17,979 nt of DNA from a bacterium (GTDB lineage: Bacteria > Desulfobacterota > DSWW01). Shown here piece by piece: positions 7,727 to 15,684 of the stretch. The stretch lies in the NCBI GenBank assembly GCA_040756235.1, contig JBFLZG010000020.1, forward strand, positions 1 through 17,979, given 5' to 3'. Position 1 is the stretch's first letter; every line of letters begins with the position of its first letter. The notes below the pieces were generated by a model that searched no databases, was not told the origin of the DNA, and was given only the letters and a program-made list of their open reading frames with translations. Position numbers and translations under genes: made by a program.

Positions 7727-8887
7727 ATGGACACGGAGCGGACGCGGAGGGACCACCCCAAGGCAGTCGACCGGCTCGTGCGGGCGATCGAGGGCGACAT
7801 AGCAAAGGAGGTCTATGACGGCGCGGTCGTCATCCTGGCACAGCGCGGAAAGGTCTTGCTCCACGAGGCGATCGGCTTCGCCGAGCGGGAAAGCGGCCGC
7901 CGCATGCGCCACGAGGACGTTTTCTACCTCATGTCGGTGACCAAAGCGCTCACCGGCGTCAGCGTGCTCGCGTGTGTCGATCGAGGCCAGATCCTGCTCA
8001 CCACACCGGTCGCCGAGGTGATCCCCGAATTCGGCGTACGCGGCAAGCACCGGGTGACGATCGCCCATCTGCTCACGCACACGGGCGGCATGTCTTCCGG
8101 CGTCGCGCCCGTTCCGCCCGGCCAGCTCGGCAACCTCGCGGCGGTCGTCGCCGCCGTCTGCGAGCAGCCCCTCGAAGCCAGACCCGGCGCACGGGTGAGC
8201 TACAGCCCTCTCACGGCGCACGCCATCCTCGCCGAGGTCGTCCGCAGGCTCGACGGCGGCCGGCGCCCCTACCGGCAGATCCTTGCCGAGGACTTCCTGC
8301 AGCCTATGGACATGCGGGACACGGCTCTCGGCCTGCGTCCCGACCTCGCCTCCCGTCGCGTCCCCGTCGTGGTGCGCGACCGTACCAAAGGCATCATAGA
8401 CGCGGCAGCGCTCGAAAGTCTGAATCTCCTGATCCAGGAAGAAACGGAGATGCCAGGGGGAGGGGCGCTGGCAACCGCGTCGGACATTTTCCGCTGGGCG
8501 GAGATGCTCCGCCGAGGCGGAGAGCTCGACGGCGTCCGCATTCTCTCACGGTCGATGATCGAGCTGGCTACGACCAACCATACGGGCACCCTGCCGAACG
8601 AAATCTTCGATTACGCCCGTGAGATGTACGGCTGGCCGGACTTTCCCGCCTATCTGGGGCTGGGCTTTTCCCTGCGGGGCGAGGGCGTGTTCCCGACCTA
8701 CTTCGGTCTCCTGGCTTCGCCTCGCACCTTCGGCAGTATCGGTATCGGCTCGACCGTCTTCTGGGTGGACCCCGAGCGCCAGCTGACCTTCGTGTGCCTG
8801 ACGTCGGGATTGCTCGAGGAAGGACCGAGCTGGAATCGCTTCCAGCGCCTCTCGGACCTGGCGATCGCGGCGGTCGATCACGGGTGA
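7727..8887 (+). CDS. Serine hydrolase of the beta-lactamase/PBP fold (family VIII esterase/amidase-like), cytoplasmic
   Basis: SxxK (SVTK), LLTHTGG, PG..VSYS, GGG..AT..D and FWVDPE motifs. AAGGAGG RBS. No signal peptide seen. Confidence 0.92.
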   Translation: MDTERTRRDHPKAVDRLVRAIEGDIAKEVYDGAVVILAQRGKVLLHEAIGFAERESGRRMRHEDVFYLMSVTKALTGVSVLACVDRGQILLTTPVAEVIPEFGVRGKHRVTIAHLLTHTGGMSSGVAPVPPGQLGNLAAVVAAVCEQPLEARPGARVSYSPLTAHAILAEVVRRLDGGRRPYRQILAEDFLQPMDMRDTALGLRPDLASRRVPVVVRDRTKGIIDAAALESLNLLIQEETEMPGGGALATASDIFRWAEMLRRGGELDGVRILSRSMIELATTNHTGTLPNEIFDYAREMYGWPDFPAYLGLGFSLRGEGVFPTYFGLLASPRTFGSIGIGSTVFWVDPERQLTFVCLTSGLLEEGPSWNRFQRLSDLAIAAVDHG

Positions 8888-8938
8888 GGGGCCTTCAGCC
8901 GGCCGTTGCTCGTTGCCGGGTCTCAGCAAGAAAGGGCC

Positions 8939-9925
8939 ATGTCAATGACGGACGTCCATTCGGTCCTGGGTCCGATACCCGCACAGAAGCTTGGGGTTAC
9001 CTTGGTGCACGAGCACCTGGTCTACGGGTTCCCCGGGTGGCGTAGCGACACCGCGGCTCCACCTTATGACCGTCAGAAGATTTTCGTCAAGAGCGTGGAA
9101 GCCATGGAAGAAGCCAAGGCCCTGGGTCTGAAGACCCTCGTGGACGCCACACCGATCGACGGCAGCCGCGACCCGGAGCTCTACCGCATGGTGTCGCTCA
9201 AGACGGGCATTCAGATCATCTGCGCCACCGGCCTGGCCAATGAGCCCGAGGGAAGCCCCAACTACTTCCAGAAGCGAGCCTGGATGACCGGAAACCCCGG
9301 CCAGGTCGTCGAAGACATGTGCGAGTCCTTCGTCAAGGACATCACCGAGGGCATCGGCGGCTCCGGGGTGAAGGCGGGCGTGATCAAGGTGGGTACCAGC
9401 AAAGGAAAAGTCACCGAATACGAGAAAATGGTCCTCCGGGCCGCCGCCATGGCCCAGAGGAAGGCCGGGGTGCCCATCATCACGCACACCGAGGAGGGGA
9501 CCATGGGCCCCGAGCAGGCGGGCTTCCTCGCGGAGCAGGGCGCCGACATGAGCAGGGTGATGATCGGCCACATAGACAGCTCGAGCATGGACTACCTGCA
9601 CGCAGTTCTGCAGAAGGGCGCTTCCATCGGCTTCGACCGCTTCGGGGTGGATTACTATTTCGCCGATGCCGACCGGATCCGATCGATCGCCGAGCTGGTC
9701 AGGGCCGGGTTCGAAGACCGGATCATGCTCTCCCACGACCGTGTGATCCACTGGCCCGGCCGCGAGATCGTCCTCTTCGAGGCGGCCCGTCCCCTGGTCG
9801 CCAACTGGAAGCTGACGCACATCTTCAAAAACATCGTCCCGGCCCTGAAGGCGGCCGGCGTCACCGGCCGGCAGGTCGAAACGATGATGATCGACAACCC
9901 GCGCCGGCTGTTCGCGGGGAGCTGA
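8939..9925 (+). CDS. Phosphotriesterase-related / lactonase-like binuclear amidohydrolase
   Basis: Metal-ligand set is intact: HEH, Lys in IKVG, His in ITHT, His in IGH and Asp in LSHD. Also VDATP, FDRFG and a terminal DNPRRLF. Start ATG 8939 or 8945. Confidence 0.93.
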   Translation: MSMTDVHSVLGPIPAQKLGVTLVHEHLVYGFPGWRSDTAAPPYDRQKIFVKSVEAMEEAKALGLKTLVDATPIDGSRDPELYRMVSLKTGIQIICATGLANEPEGSPNYFQKRAWMTGNPGQVVEDMCESFVKDITEGIGGSGVKAGVIKVGTSKGKVTEYEKMVLRAAAMAQRKAGVPIITHTEEGTMGPEQAGFLAEQGADMSRVMIGHIDSSSMDYLHAVLQKGASIGFDRFGVDYYFADADRIRSIAELVRAGFEDRIMLSHDRVIHWPGREIVLFEAARPLVANWKLTHIFKNIVPALKAAGVTGRQVETMMIDNPRRLFAGS

Positions 9926-9999
9926 ACGACGGCAGCTCCTGGTTTGCGACACCACGGGGTCCGGAGAGGACGGAAAATGCAGCTACAGGGGGTGCTCGC

Positions 10000-10794
10000 A
10001 TGATGCCTGGCAATCCTTTTGACATCTCCGGGAAGAATGCGGTGGTGACCGGGGCAGCCATGGGTATCGGCTTCGCGGTGGCAAAGCGGTTCGTGGAGGC
10101 CGGGGCCAACGTCGTCATCGCTGACCTGAACCAGGAGGCGGCTGAAGCAGCCGCGGTAAGGCTTTCGGAAGGGTCCGGCAGGGTCGTCGCCGTACAGACC
10201 GACGTGGGCCGGGAGGGGAGCGGCCGTGCCGTGGTCGACCGCTGTCTAAAGGAGTTCGGTTCGATCGATATTCTCGTCAACAACGCAGGCATCTTCCCGC
10301 TGGCCAGCATGCTGAACACGACGACGGAAATCTTCGACCGGATCTACCGCGTAAACCTCAGAGGGCTGGCGTTCTTCTCCCAGGCCGCGGCAACGGCCAT
10401 GATGGCGCGCGGAACAGGCGGCAAGATCATCAACATCGCCTCCATCGACGCCTTTCGGCCGTCGTTCGTAGGGGCCGCGTATGATTCCAGCAAAGGTGGC
10501 GTCCTCATGTTCACCAAGAGCTTTGCGCTGGAGATGGCGCCCCACGGCATCCTCGTGAACGCCATCGCGCCGGGCACCATCGCGACCGAGGGAGCATTGA
10601 AGACGGCAGATGAATGCGGCATGACGCAGGAGCAGGTCCAGTCGCTCCTGACGTCGGTCCTGGCGCAGATCCCTCTGGGCAGGAGAGGCACGCCGGACGA
10701 CGTTGCCAAGGTGGCCTGGTTCCTGGCGTCTCCGGCCTCTGATTACATAACGGGTGAGGCCATCGTGGTCGACGGCGGATGGATGCTGACGTAG
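10000..10794 (+). CDS. Short-chain dehydrogenase/reductase (SDR), probably NAD-dependent
   Basis: TGAAMGIG, acidic residue in IADL, NNAG, YDSSK, VNAIAPG and VDGG. Start ATG 10000 or 10003 after a GGGGG RBS-like run. Confidence 0.94.
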   Translation: MMPGNPFDISGKNAVVTGAAMGIGFAVAKRFVEAGANVVIADLNQEAAEAAAVRLSEGSGRVVAVQTDVGREGSGRAVVDRCLKEFGSIDILVNNAGIFPLASMLNTTTEIFDRIYRVNLRGLAFFSQAAATAMMARGTGGKIINIASIDAFRPSFVGAAYDSSKGGVLMFTKSFALEMAPHGILVNAIAPGTIATEGALKTADECGMTQEQVQSLLTSVLAQIPLGRRGTPDDVAKVAWFLASPASDYITGEAIVVDGGWMLT

Positions 10795-10878
10795 AGGGGC
10801 AGGTGACACGGTCCCAGCCGGGACTTCAGAAGCGCGGTGCTTTCTCTCGTGTGGGAAACCGCTTTGGAGGTGGACATC

Positions 10879-12291
10879 ATGACCGAGGCACGGCTCCGGA
10901 GCAGCCTGGTGCGGCAACTGGGGGAGTTCGCTGCCCGCGTGGATTTGGCCGGGATCCCGTCGCAGGTTCTGGACAAGGCCAAGGCGTGCGTCTTGCACGG
11001 CCTGGTCGTCGGTGCGGCGTCCGCCGACCTCAAGACCACCCGGATCGCACGCTCGTACGCCGATTCGGCGCCCGTGCCCGGAGGGGCGAGGGTGCTGATC
11101 AGCGGCGTGCGGACGGCGCCGAGCATTGCCGCCTACGCCAATGGCACCCTCTTCCACTCACGCATTCAGGAGGATTGCCTGGGCGTCAGCCACTTCGGCA
11201 CGATGGTCATTCCTGCCGCGCTGGCTGCCGCAGAGCTGTCCGGCTGTACCGGCAAGCGCTTCCTCGAAGGCGTGCTGGCGGGGTATGAAGTCGGCGGCGC
11301 CGTGTCCGGGGCGTACGGCACCCTTCTGGCCCCTCGCGGCTTCCGGGGCAGCCCGGTCCTGGGGCCGCTGGGCGCGGCTGCGGCCGCAGCACACGTCATG
11401 GGCCTCTCGGCAGAGCAGGCTGCGAGCGCGATCGCCTTTGCGGCCGCGTTTGCAGGCGGCACCCTGGAAGGGGTCGGCGTCGGAACGGAGGAGTTTCCGT
11501 TCCAGAACGGGGTAGGAGCCGCGAACGGATTCCTGGCAGCGCAAATAGCCTCGCAGGGCGCCCTGGGGGCGAGCTCTGCCCTGGAAGGTCAGGCCGGGTT
11601 CCTGTCGTGCTTCTATGGCAAGCGCGACGACTGGTCGGGGATGGCCTCGCACCTGGGCGAGGAATGGAAGATTCTCAAGGTCTTCTTCAAGCCTTATCCG
11701 GTCTGTGCCCTCAATCAGACGCCCGTCACGTTGGCGCTGCAACTGTTCGAAAAGCTCCCGTTCAGCGCCGGCGCGGTGGCAGAGATCGCCTTCGACATGC
11801 CGCAGTTCGATGCCTCCTATCCGGGCATCCTGTACAAGGGCGAGCTGGCGAGCGTCAGCCAGGCCCAGGTGAGCACGGCGTTCGTGATCGCGCTGGCACT
11901 CTGCAAGGGGGAGCTGACCCACGACGGCCTGAGGGATCTGGGAAACCCGGACATCAAGTCCCTGATGGAGCGGATCGAGATCCGCGTCCGCCCCGAGCGG
12001 CAACCGCTCACGGGCCGGTTGACCGTCCGACTCTGCGACGGCAGGACCGCCGAGCAGAGCTTCGACGGTGACCCGTGGGCCTTCTACGGGTGGGATTTTG
12101 CGCACGAGGTGGAGTTCGCGCGCCGGCTGGCGCCCGAGGCGCCGTTTCCTCGCGAGCGCATCGAGGCTCTGATCGAGCAGGTTGCCGGGCTCGAGGAGCT
12201 CCCGGACCTGGCACCCCTCGTGGACTTGCTCGTCCTTCAGGCAGGTCTGGGACTGGCGGCAACCAGGTCAACAGGTGGGTCGAGATCATGA
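10879..12291 (+). CDS. MmgE/PrpD family protein (dehydratase/decarboxylase/epimerase fold)
   Basis: Start ATG 10879 after GGAGGT. Motifs AAYANG...H..QED....HFG..VIPAALA, GYEV, GAAAAAA, ALEG..GF and FKPYPVC. Confidence 0.9.
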   Translation: MTEARLRSSLVRQLGEFAARVDLAGIPSQVLDKAKACVLHGLVVGAASADLKTTRIARSYADSAPVPGGARVLISGVRTAPSIAAYANGTLFHSRIQEDCLGVSHFGTMVIPAALAAAELSGCTGKRFLEGVLAGYEVGGAVSGAYGTLLAPRGFRGSPVLGPLGAAAAAAHVMGLSAEQAASAIAFAAAFAGGTLEGVGVGTEEFPFQNGVGAANGFLAAQIASQGALGASSALEGQAGFLSCFYGKRDDWSGMASHLGEEWKILKVFFKPYPVCALNQTPVTLALQLFEKLPFSAGAVAEIAFDMPQFDASYPGILYKGELASVSQAQVSTAFVIALALCKGELTHDGLRDLGNPDIKSLMERIEIRVRPERQPLTGRLTVRLCDGRTAEQSFDGDPWAFYGWDFAHEVEFARRLAPEAPFPRERIEALIEQVAGLEELPDLAPLVDLLVLQAGLGLAATRSTGGSRS

Positions 12292-12326
12292 ACGGCTCTT
12301 ACGCACTCGAGACAAGGGAGGCACCG

Positions 12327-13088
12327 ATGTTCAGAGAGTATGTGGTCCTGATCACCGGAGCGGCTTCAGGGATCGGCCATGCGGCTTCTCGGCTGTTCCT
12401 CGAGCAGGGCGCTACCGTGATCGGTGCGGACGTCGACCGGGCGGAGCTCGATGGCGCAGGCAACAGGCTGGGAAAGCTCTTCGCGGCTCAGGCCTGCGAC
12501 ATCGCCGACGAGACGCAGATCGCCGCACTTGCCCGGTTCGTCGAGAGGCAGTTCGGCAGGCTGGACGTTCTCATCAACAATGCGGGCCGGGGCATGCTCG
12601 TCAACCTGGAGGCCATGCGGGAAGCCGATTTTTACTGGCACTACGACGCGCTGGTCAAAGGGCCCATGCTGATGGTCAAGCACCATCTTCCCCTGCTGCG
12701 GAAGTCTTCGCACCCTTCGATCCTGAACGTTGCGTCGCAGGCGGCGCAGATCGAAATCCGGCAGCATCACTTTCTCTACTCCACCGCCAAGGCCGCTCTT
12801 CTGAAGTTCACGCGCCACCTGGTACGGGACTTGCCGGGAATTCGGGCGAACGCCATTTTGCCCGGCTGGATTCACACGTCCATTTACAGCCGCGCGGGCC
12901 TGGACGAGCCGACGATTCAGGCCATCTACGCCCAGGCGGTGCCCAGGATCCCGGCCAACCGGATCGGCACACCCGAGGACGTCGCGCAGTGCATGCTCTT
13001 TCTCAGCTCGAGGCACGCTTCGTACATCAACGGAGCGGCCATCGTGATCGATGGCGGATGGGGCTGCAACGGAGAGTGGGGTGGGTGA
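12327..13088 (+). CDS. Short-chain dehydrogenase/reductase (SDR)
   Basis: TGAASGIG, NNAG, YSTAK, IRANAILPG and IDGG. ATG 12327 has an AGGGAGG RBS. An alternative in-frame ATG at 12288 overlaps the upstream stop (ATGA). Confidence 0.92.
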   Translation: MFREYVVLITGAASGIGHAASRLFLEQGATVIGADVDRAELDGAGNRLGKLFAAQACDIADETQIAALARFVERQFGRLDVLINNAGRGMLVNLEAMREADFYWHYDALVKGPMLMVKHHLPLLRKSSHPSILNVASQAAQIEIRQHHFLYSTAKAALLKFTRHLVRDLPGIRANAILPGWIHTSIYSRAGLDEPTIQAIYAQAVPRIPANRIGTPEDVAQCMLFLSSRHASYINGAAIVIDGGWGCNGEWGG

Positions 13089-13185
13089 GATCGCGAGAAT
13101 TTCCCTGGGCAGCCTGCGGCCCTTTCCTTGTGCAGGGCATTCACGAGGAAGCCTGCGACCGGTCACCAGCGATGTGCGAGGGTCA

Positions 13186-13231
13186 TTTTTTTGGATCCTG
13201 TGATTAGAAGTCTGATGATGAGATACCAAAG
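13186..13231 (+). promoter_or_regulatory. Putative internal promoter with operator copy 3
   Basis: T-tract, TTGGAT 13191-13196, then ATTAGAAGTCTGAT-G-ATGAGATACCAAAG (13203-13231). GATGAT at 13214-13219 lies 17 bp from the -35 candidate. Layout mirrors 781-827. Confidence 0.72.
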
Positions 13232-13364
13232 CAGTACCCTCGAGCCGGCTCCGCCTGCGGGTGCCAAGGGGGATCCTCGAGGGCAGGGGATGATCCACGC
13301 TTGAGAAGCGGAAGATGATCGCCTCCGGATTCCGGCAGCACACACATGAAGGGAGGAAGTGTCC

Positions 13365-14132
13365 ATGAAGGGTCCTCTGGAAGGGAAGGTGGCCGTCGTC
13401 ACCGGCGGCGCGCGGGGAATCGGCCGGGAAATCGCGTCGACCTTTGCCCGGGCCGGGTGCGACGTGGCCATTGCCGACCTGATCGCAGGCGGTCTCGTGG
13501 ATGTGTCCCGGGAAATCCAGGGGCTGGGGCGGCGCGTGCTCGATCGTGAGGTCGACATCTCCCGCAGCGCCGACGTCCGCTCTTTCCTTTCAGACGTGGA
13601 GCAGAGGCTCGGCCGCATCGACATTGTCGTGAACAACGCGGCCTATATCCACTATGGCCCCTTCCTGGAGTTCCCCGAGGCCGAATGGGAAAAGGTCATG
13701 GCGACCAGCTTGAAAGGTGTCTTCCTCGTGGGACAGGCGGGCGCCCGCGCCATGGCGGGCCGCAGGCAGGGCACGATCATCAATCTCGCCTCCGTCGCTG
13801 GAGAGGTCGGGGTTCCGATGGGGTCCGCCTACTGCGCGGCCAAGGGCGGCGTCATCGCTCTGACGAGAGTCATGGCTCTGGAGCTCGCGGCCTACGGCAT
13901 CCGGGTGAATGCGATTGCTCCGTACGCGACCGACACGGAGAACGCCCGGCGCGTGGTGGGGGATGAAGGCATGAAGCTGCGGGAAGCCCTCGTGCCGCTT
14001 GGCCGGCTAGCCAAAATTCAGGATGTCGCGCAGGCCGCCCTGTTCCTGGCCTCGGAGGACTCCGGCTACATCACGGGGCACGTCCTGAACGTTGATGGCG
14101 GGTTCATGGCCGCCCGTGTCGCCGTCAAGTGA
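13365..14132 (+). CDS. Short-chain dehydrogenase/reductase (SDR, FabG-like fold)
   Basis: TGGARGIG, IADL, NNAA, YCAAKGG, IRVNAIAP and VDGG. GGAGG lies 8 nt before ATG 13365. Confidence 0.94.
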   Translation: MKGPLEGKVAVVTGGARGIGREIASTFARAGCDVAIADLIAGGLVDVSREIQGLGRRVLDREVDISRSADVRSFLSDVEQRLGRIDIVVNNAAYIHYGPFLEFPEAEWEKVMATSLKGVFLVGQAGARAMAGRRQGTIINLASVAGEVGVPMGSAYCAAKGGVIALTRVMALELAAYGIRVNAIAPYATDTENARRVVGDEGMKLREALVPLGRLAKIQDVAQAALFLASEDSGYITGHVLNVDGGFMAARVAVK

Positions 14133-14215
14133 CGGCGCTCGGACGGGCCGGGGACGGGAACCGTTCCGTAAGACGACAAGGGAGGTCCACCTTTCGGTAG
14201 GAGGAGAAAGCAAGA

Positions 14216-15523
14216 ATGAACCCCGGACACTTACTCTCAGGACTCGCTCTCGGTCTATGGCTCCTTCTCTCTCTGAGCCGGTCGATCCCGGCCCGGGCGG
14301 AGGAGTCGTCGTCACAGGTGATCGACAGGAGCAACTGGCACGAGGTCCAGGGGCTCCTCCCGGAGCCGGTGCTCAAGTGGGTGGAAAAGGGCGACGCTGT
14401 TCTCGACGTGAGCCAGCTTCATTTCCATCCGGCCGACTTTCTCCCACCTGCCTGCAAGGAGTCCGTGGCGCTCAACGACGGCAAGTATGACGTCGATGCG
14501 GACGGGGTCCTCACGGAGAAGCAGAGCGGAAAGCCGCCCGCGCTGCTCTTGGGATATCCCTTTCCCAAGATCGACGAAAGCCGCCCGGAAGCCGGTTTGA
14601 AGCTGATGTACAACATGATCTACTACACGTACGCCTGCGGGAACGTGCTGGCTCACTCCGACGCCGTGTGGGTCGGCCGGCAAACGGGCCACGAGCGCGA
14701 GATCAACTTCGAGTTCTTTCAGTTTCCCCTGGACGGGTGGAGCGGCGCAAAGGAAGAGCCGAATCCGGAGAACATCGAGAGCTATTCGATCATTCGCATC
14801 GTGGCGCCTTTCGACATCGCCGGGACCAACGTCCTGACCTGGCGTTATCGAGACAAGCGCCTGGACAACACCTTCACCTATATTCCGGCGATTCGAAGGG
14901 TCCGACGAATGAGCCCGGCGAACCGTTCGGACGCTTTCGTGGGCTCGGACTTCACCGTGGACGATGCGTGGCTGTATTCGGGGAAGGTGAACGCGTTCGA
15001 GTGGAAGATCCTCAAGAAAACAGATCAGCTCCTGCCCTTCATGTCGTCCGATCCCCAGCCGCTCGTCCGAAACGCCGAGGGAGAGTACGAGACCACGAGG
15101 ACCGCAAAGGTGCCCCTCCTGGGCTATCAGAAAGCGGGATGGACCGGCGCCCCGTGGTTCCCGACGAATCTGGTCTGGCAGAAGAGACCTGCCTACATCC
15201 TGGAGTGCCGGGCCAAGGACCGTTACTACAACTATGGAATCCAGTACCTGTGGATCGATGCGGAGACTTTTCAGCCGAACTTCAAGGTGATCCACGACCG
15301 CTCGGGTGGCTACTGGAAGGTCGTCTGGCAGCCGCTGGCGGCGTGGGAGGAAACGAACACACAGGTTCGTCTCCTGAACCCCGCGTGCATGGTGAGCACG
15401 GACGACCGTAACGACCATTCCACGGTCCTCATGTTCGCAAGCCGGAAGAACGTGCACCGTTACTTCGCCATCATGGATCGAAACAACTTCTCGCTGTCCG
15501 GGTTCGAGAAGCTGTGCAAATAG
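14216..15523 (+). CDS. DUF1329 domain secreted protein (LolA-like fold, AupB-like)
   Basis: Sec signal ending ARA|EE, plus YIPAIRRVRRMS, GSDFTVDD, G.PFP.ID and YYNYG...LWID motifs. AGGAGG RBS. Adjacent to a DUF1302-like gene. Confidence 0.85.
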   Translation: MNPGHLLSGLALGLWLLLSLSRSIPARAEESSSQVIDRSNWHEVQGLLPEPVLKWVEKGDAVLDVSQLHFHPADFLPPACKESVALNDGKYDVDADGVLTEKQSGKPPALLLGYPFPKIDESRPEAGLKLMYNMIYYTYACGNVLAHSDAVWVGRQTGHEREINFEFFQFPLDGWSGAKEEPNPENIESYSIIRIVAPFDIAGTNVLTWRYRDKRLDNTFTYIPAIRRVRRMSPANRSDAFVGSDFTVDDAWLYSGKVNAFEWKILKKTDQLLPFMSSDPQPLVRNAEGEYETTRTAKVPLLGYQKAGWTGAPWFPTNLVWQKRPAYILECRAKDRYYNYGIQYLWIDAETFQPNFKVIHDRSGGYWKVVWQPLAAWEETNTQVRLLNPACMVSTDDRNDHSTVLMFASRKNVHRYFAIMDRNNFSLSGFEKLCK

Positions 15524-15684
15524 GGCCTGGCAGGTGGGATGAGGGACCTGAATGCCCGGTCTCTTCTTCTCGGTCCGGATGAGATCGTGTGGGCCCGGGC
15601 CCGTGACGGGAGAAGATCTGTGAGGGGCGAGACAGGAGCCGTTCCTCGGTTTTGCGCCGAGGGAACGAAGACGAGGGGGAAACG

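Noticed and set aside
7727..8887. Antibiotic-resistance beta-lactamase call
   Set aside because: No signal peptide, no KTG-type motif, and a catabolic context. An esterase/amidase is more likely.
13345..13549. CATGAAGGG direct repeat and a 67-aa overlapping ORF at the SDR3 start
   Set aside because: The repeat is short and explained by RBS/start composition. The ORF is an out-of-frame shadow without an RBS.
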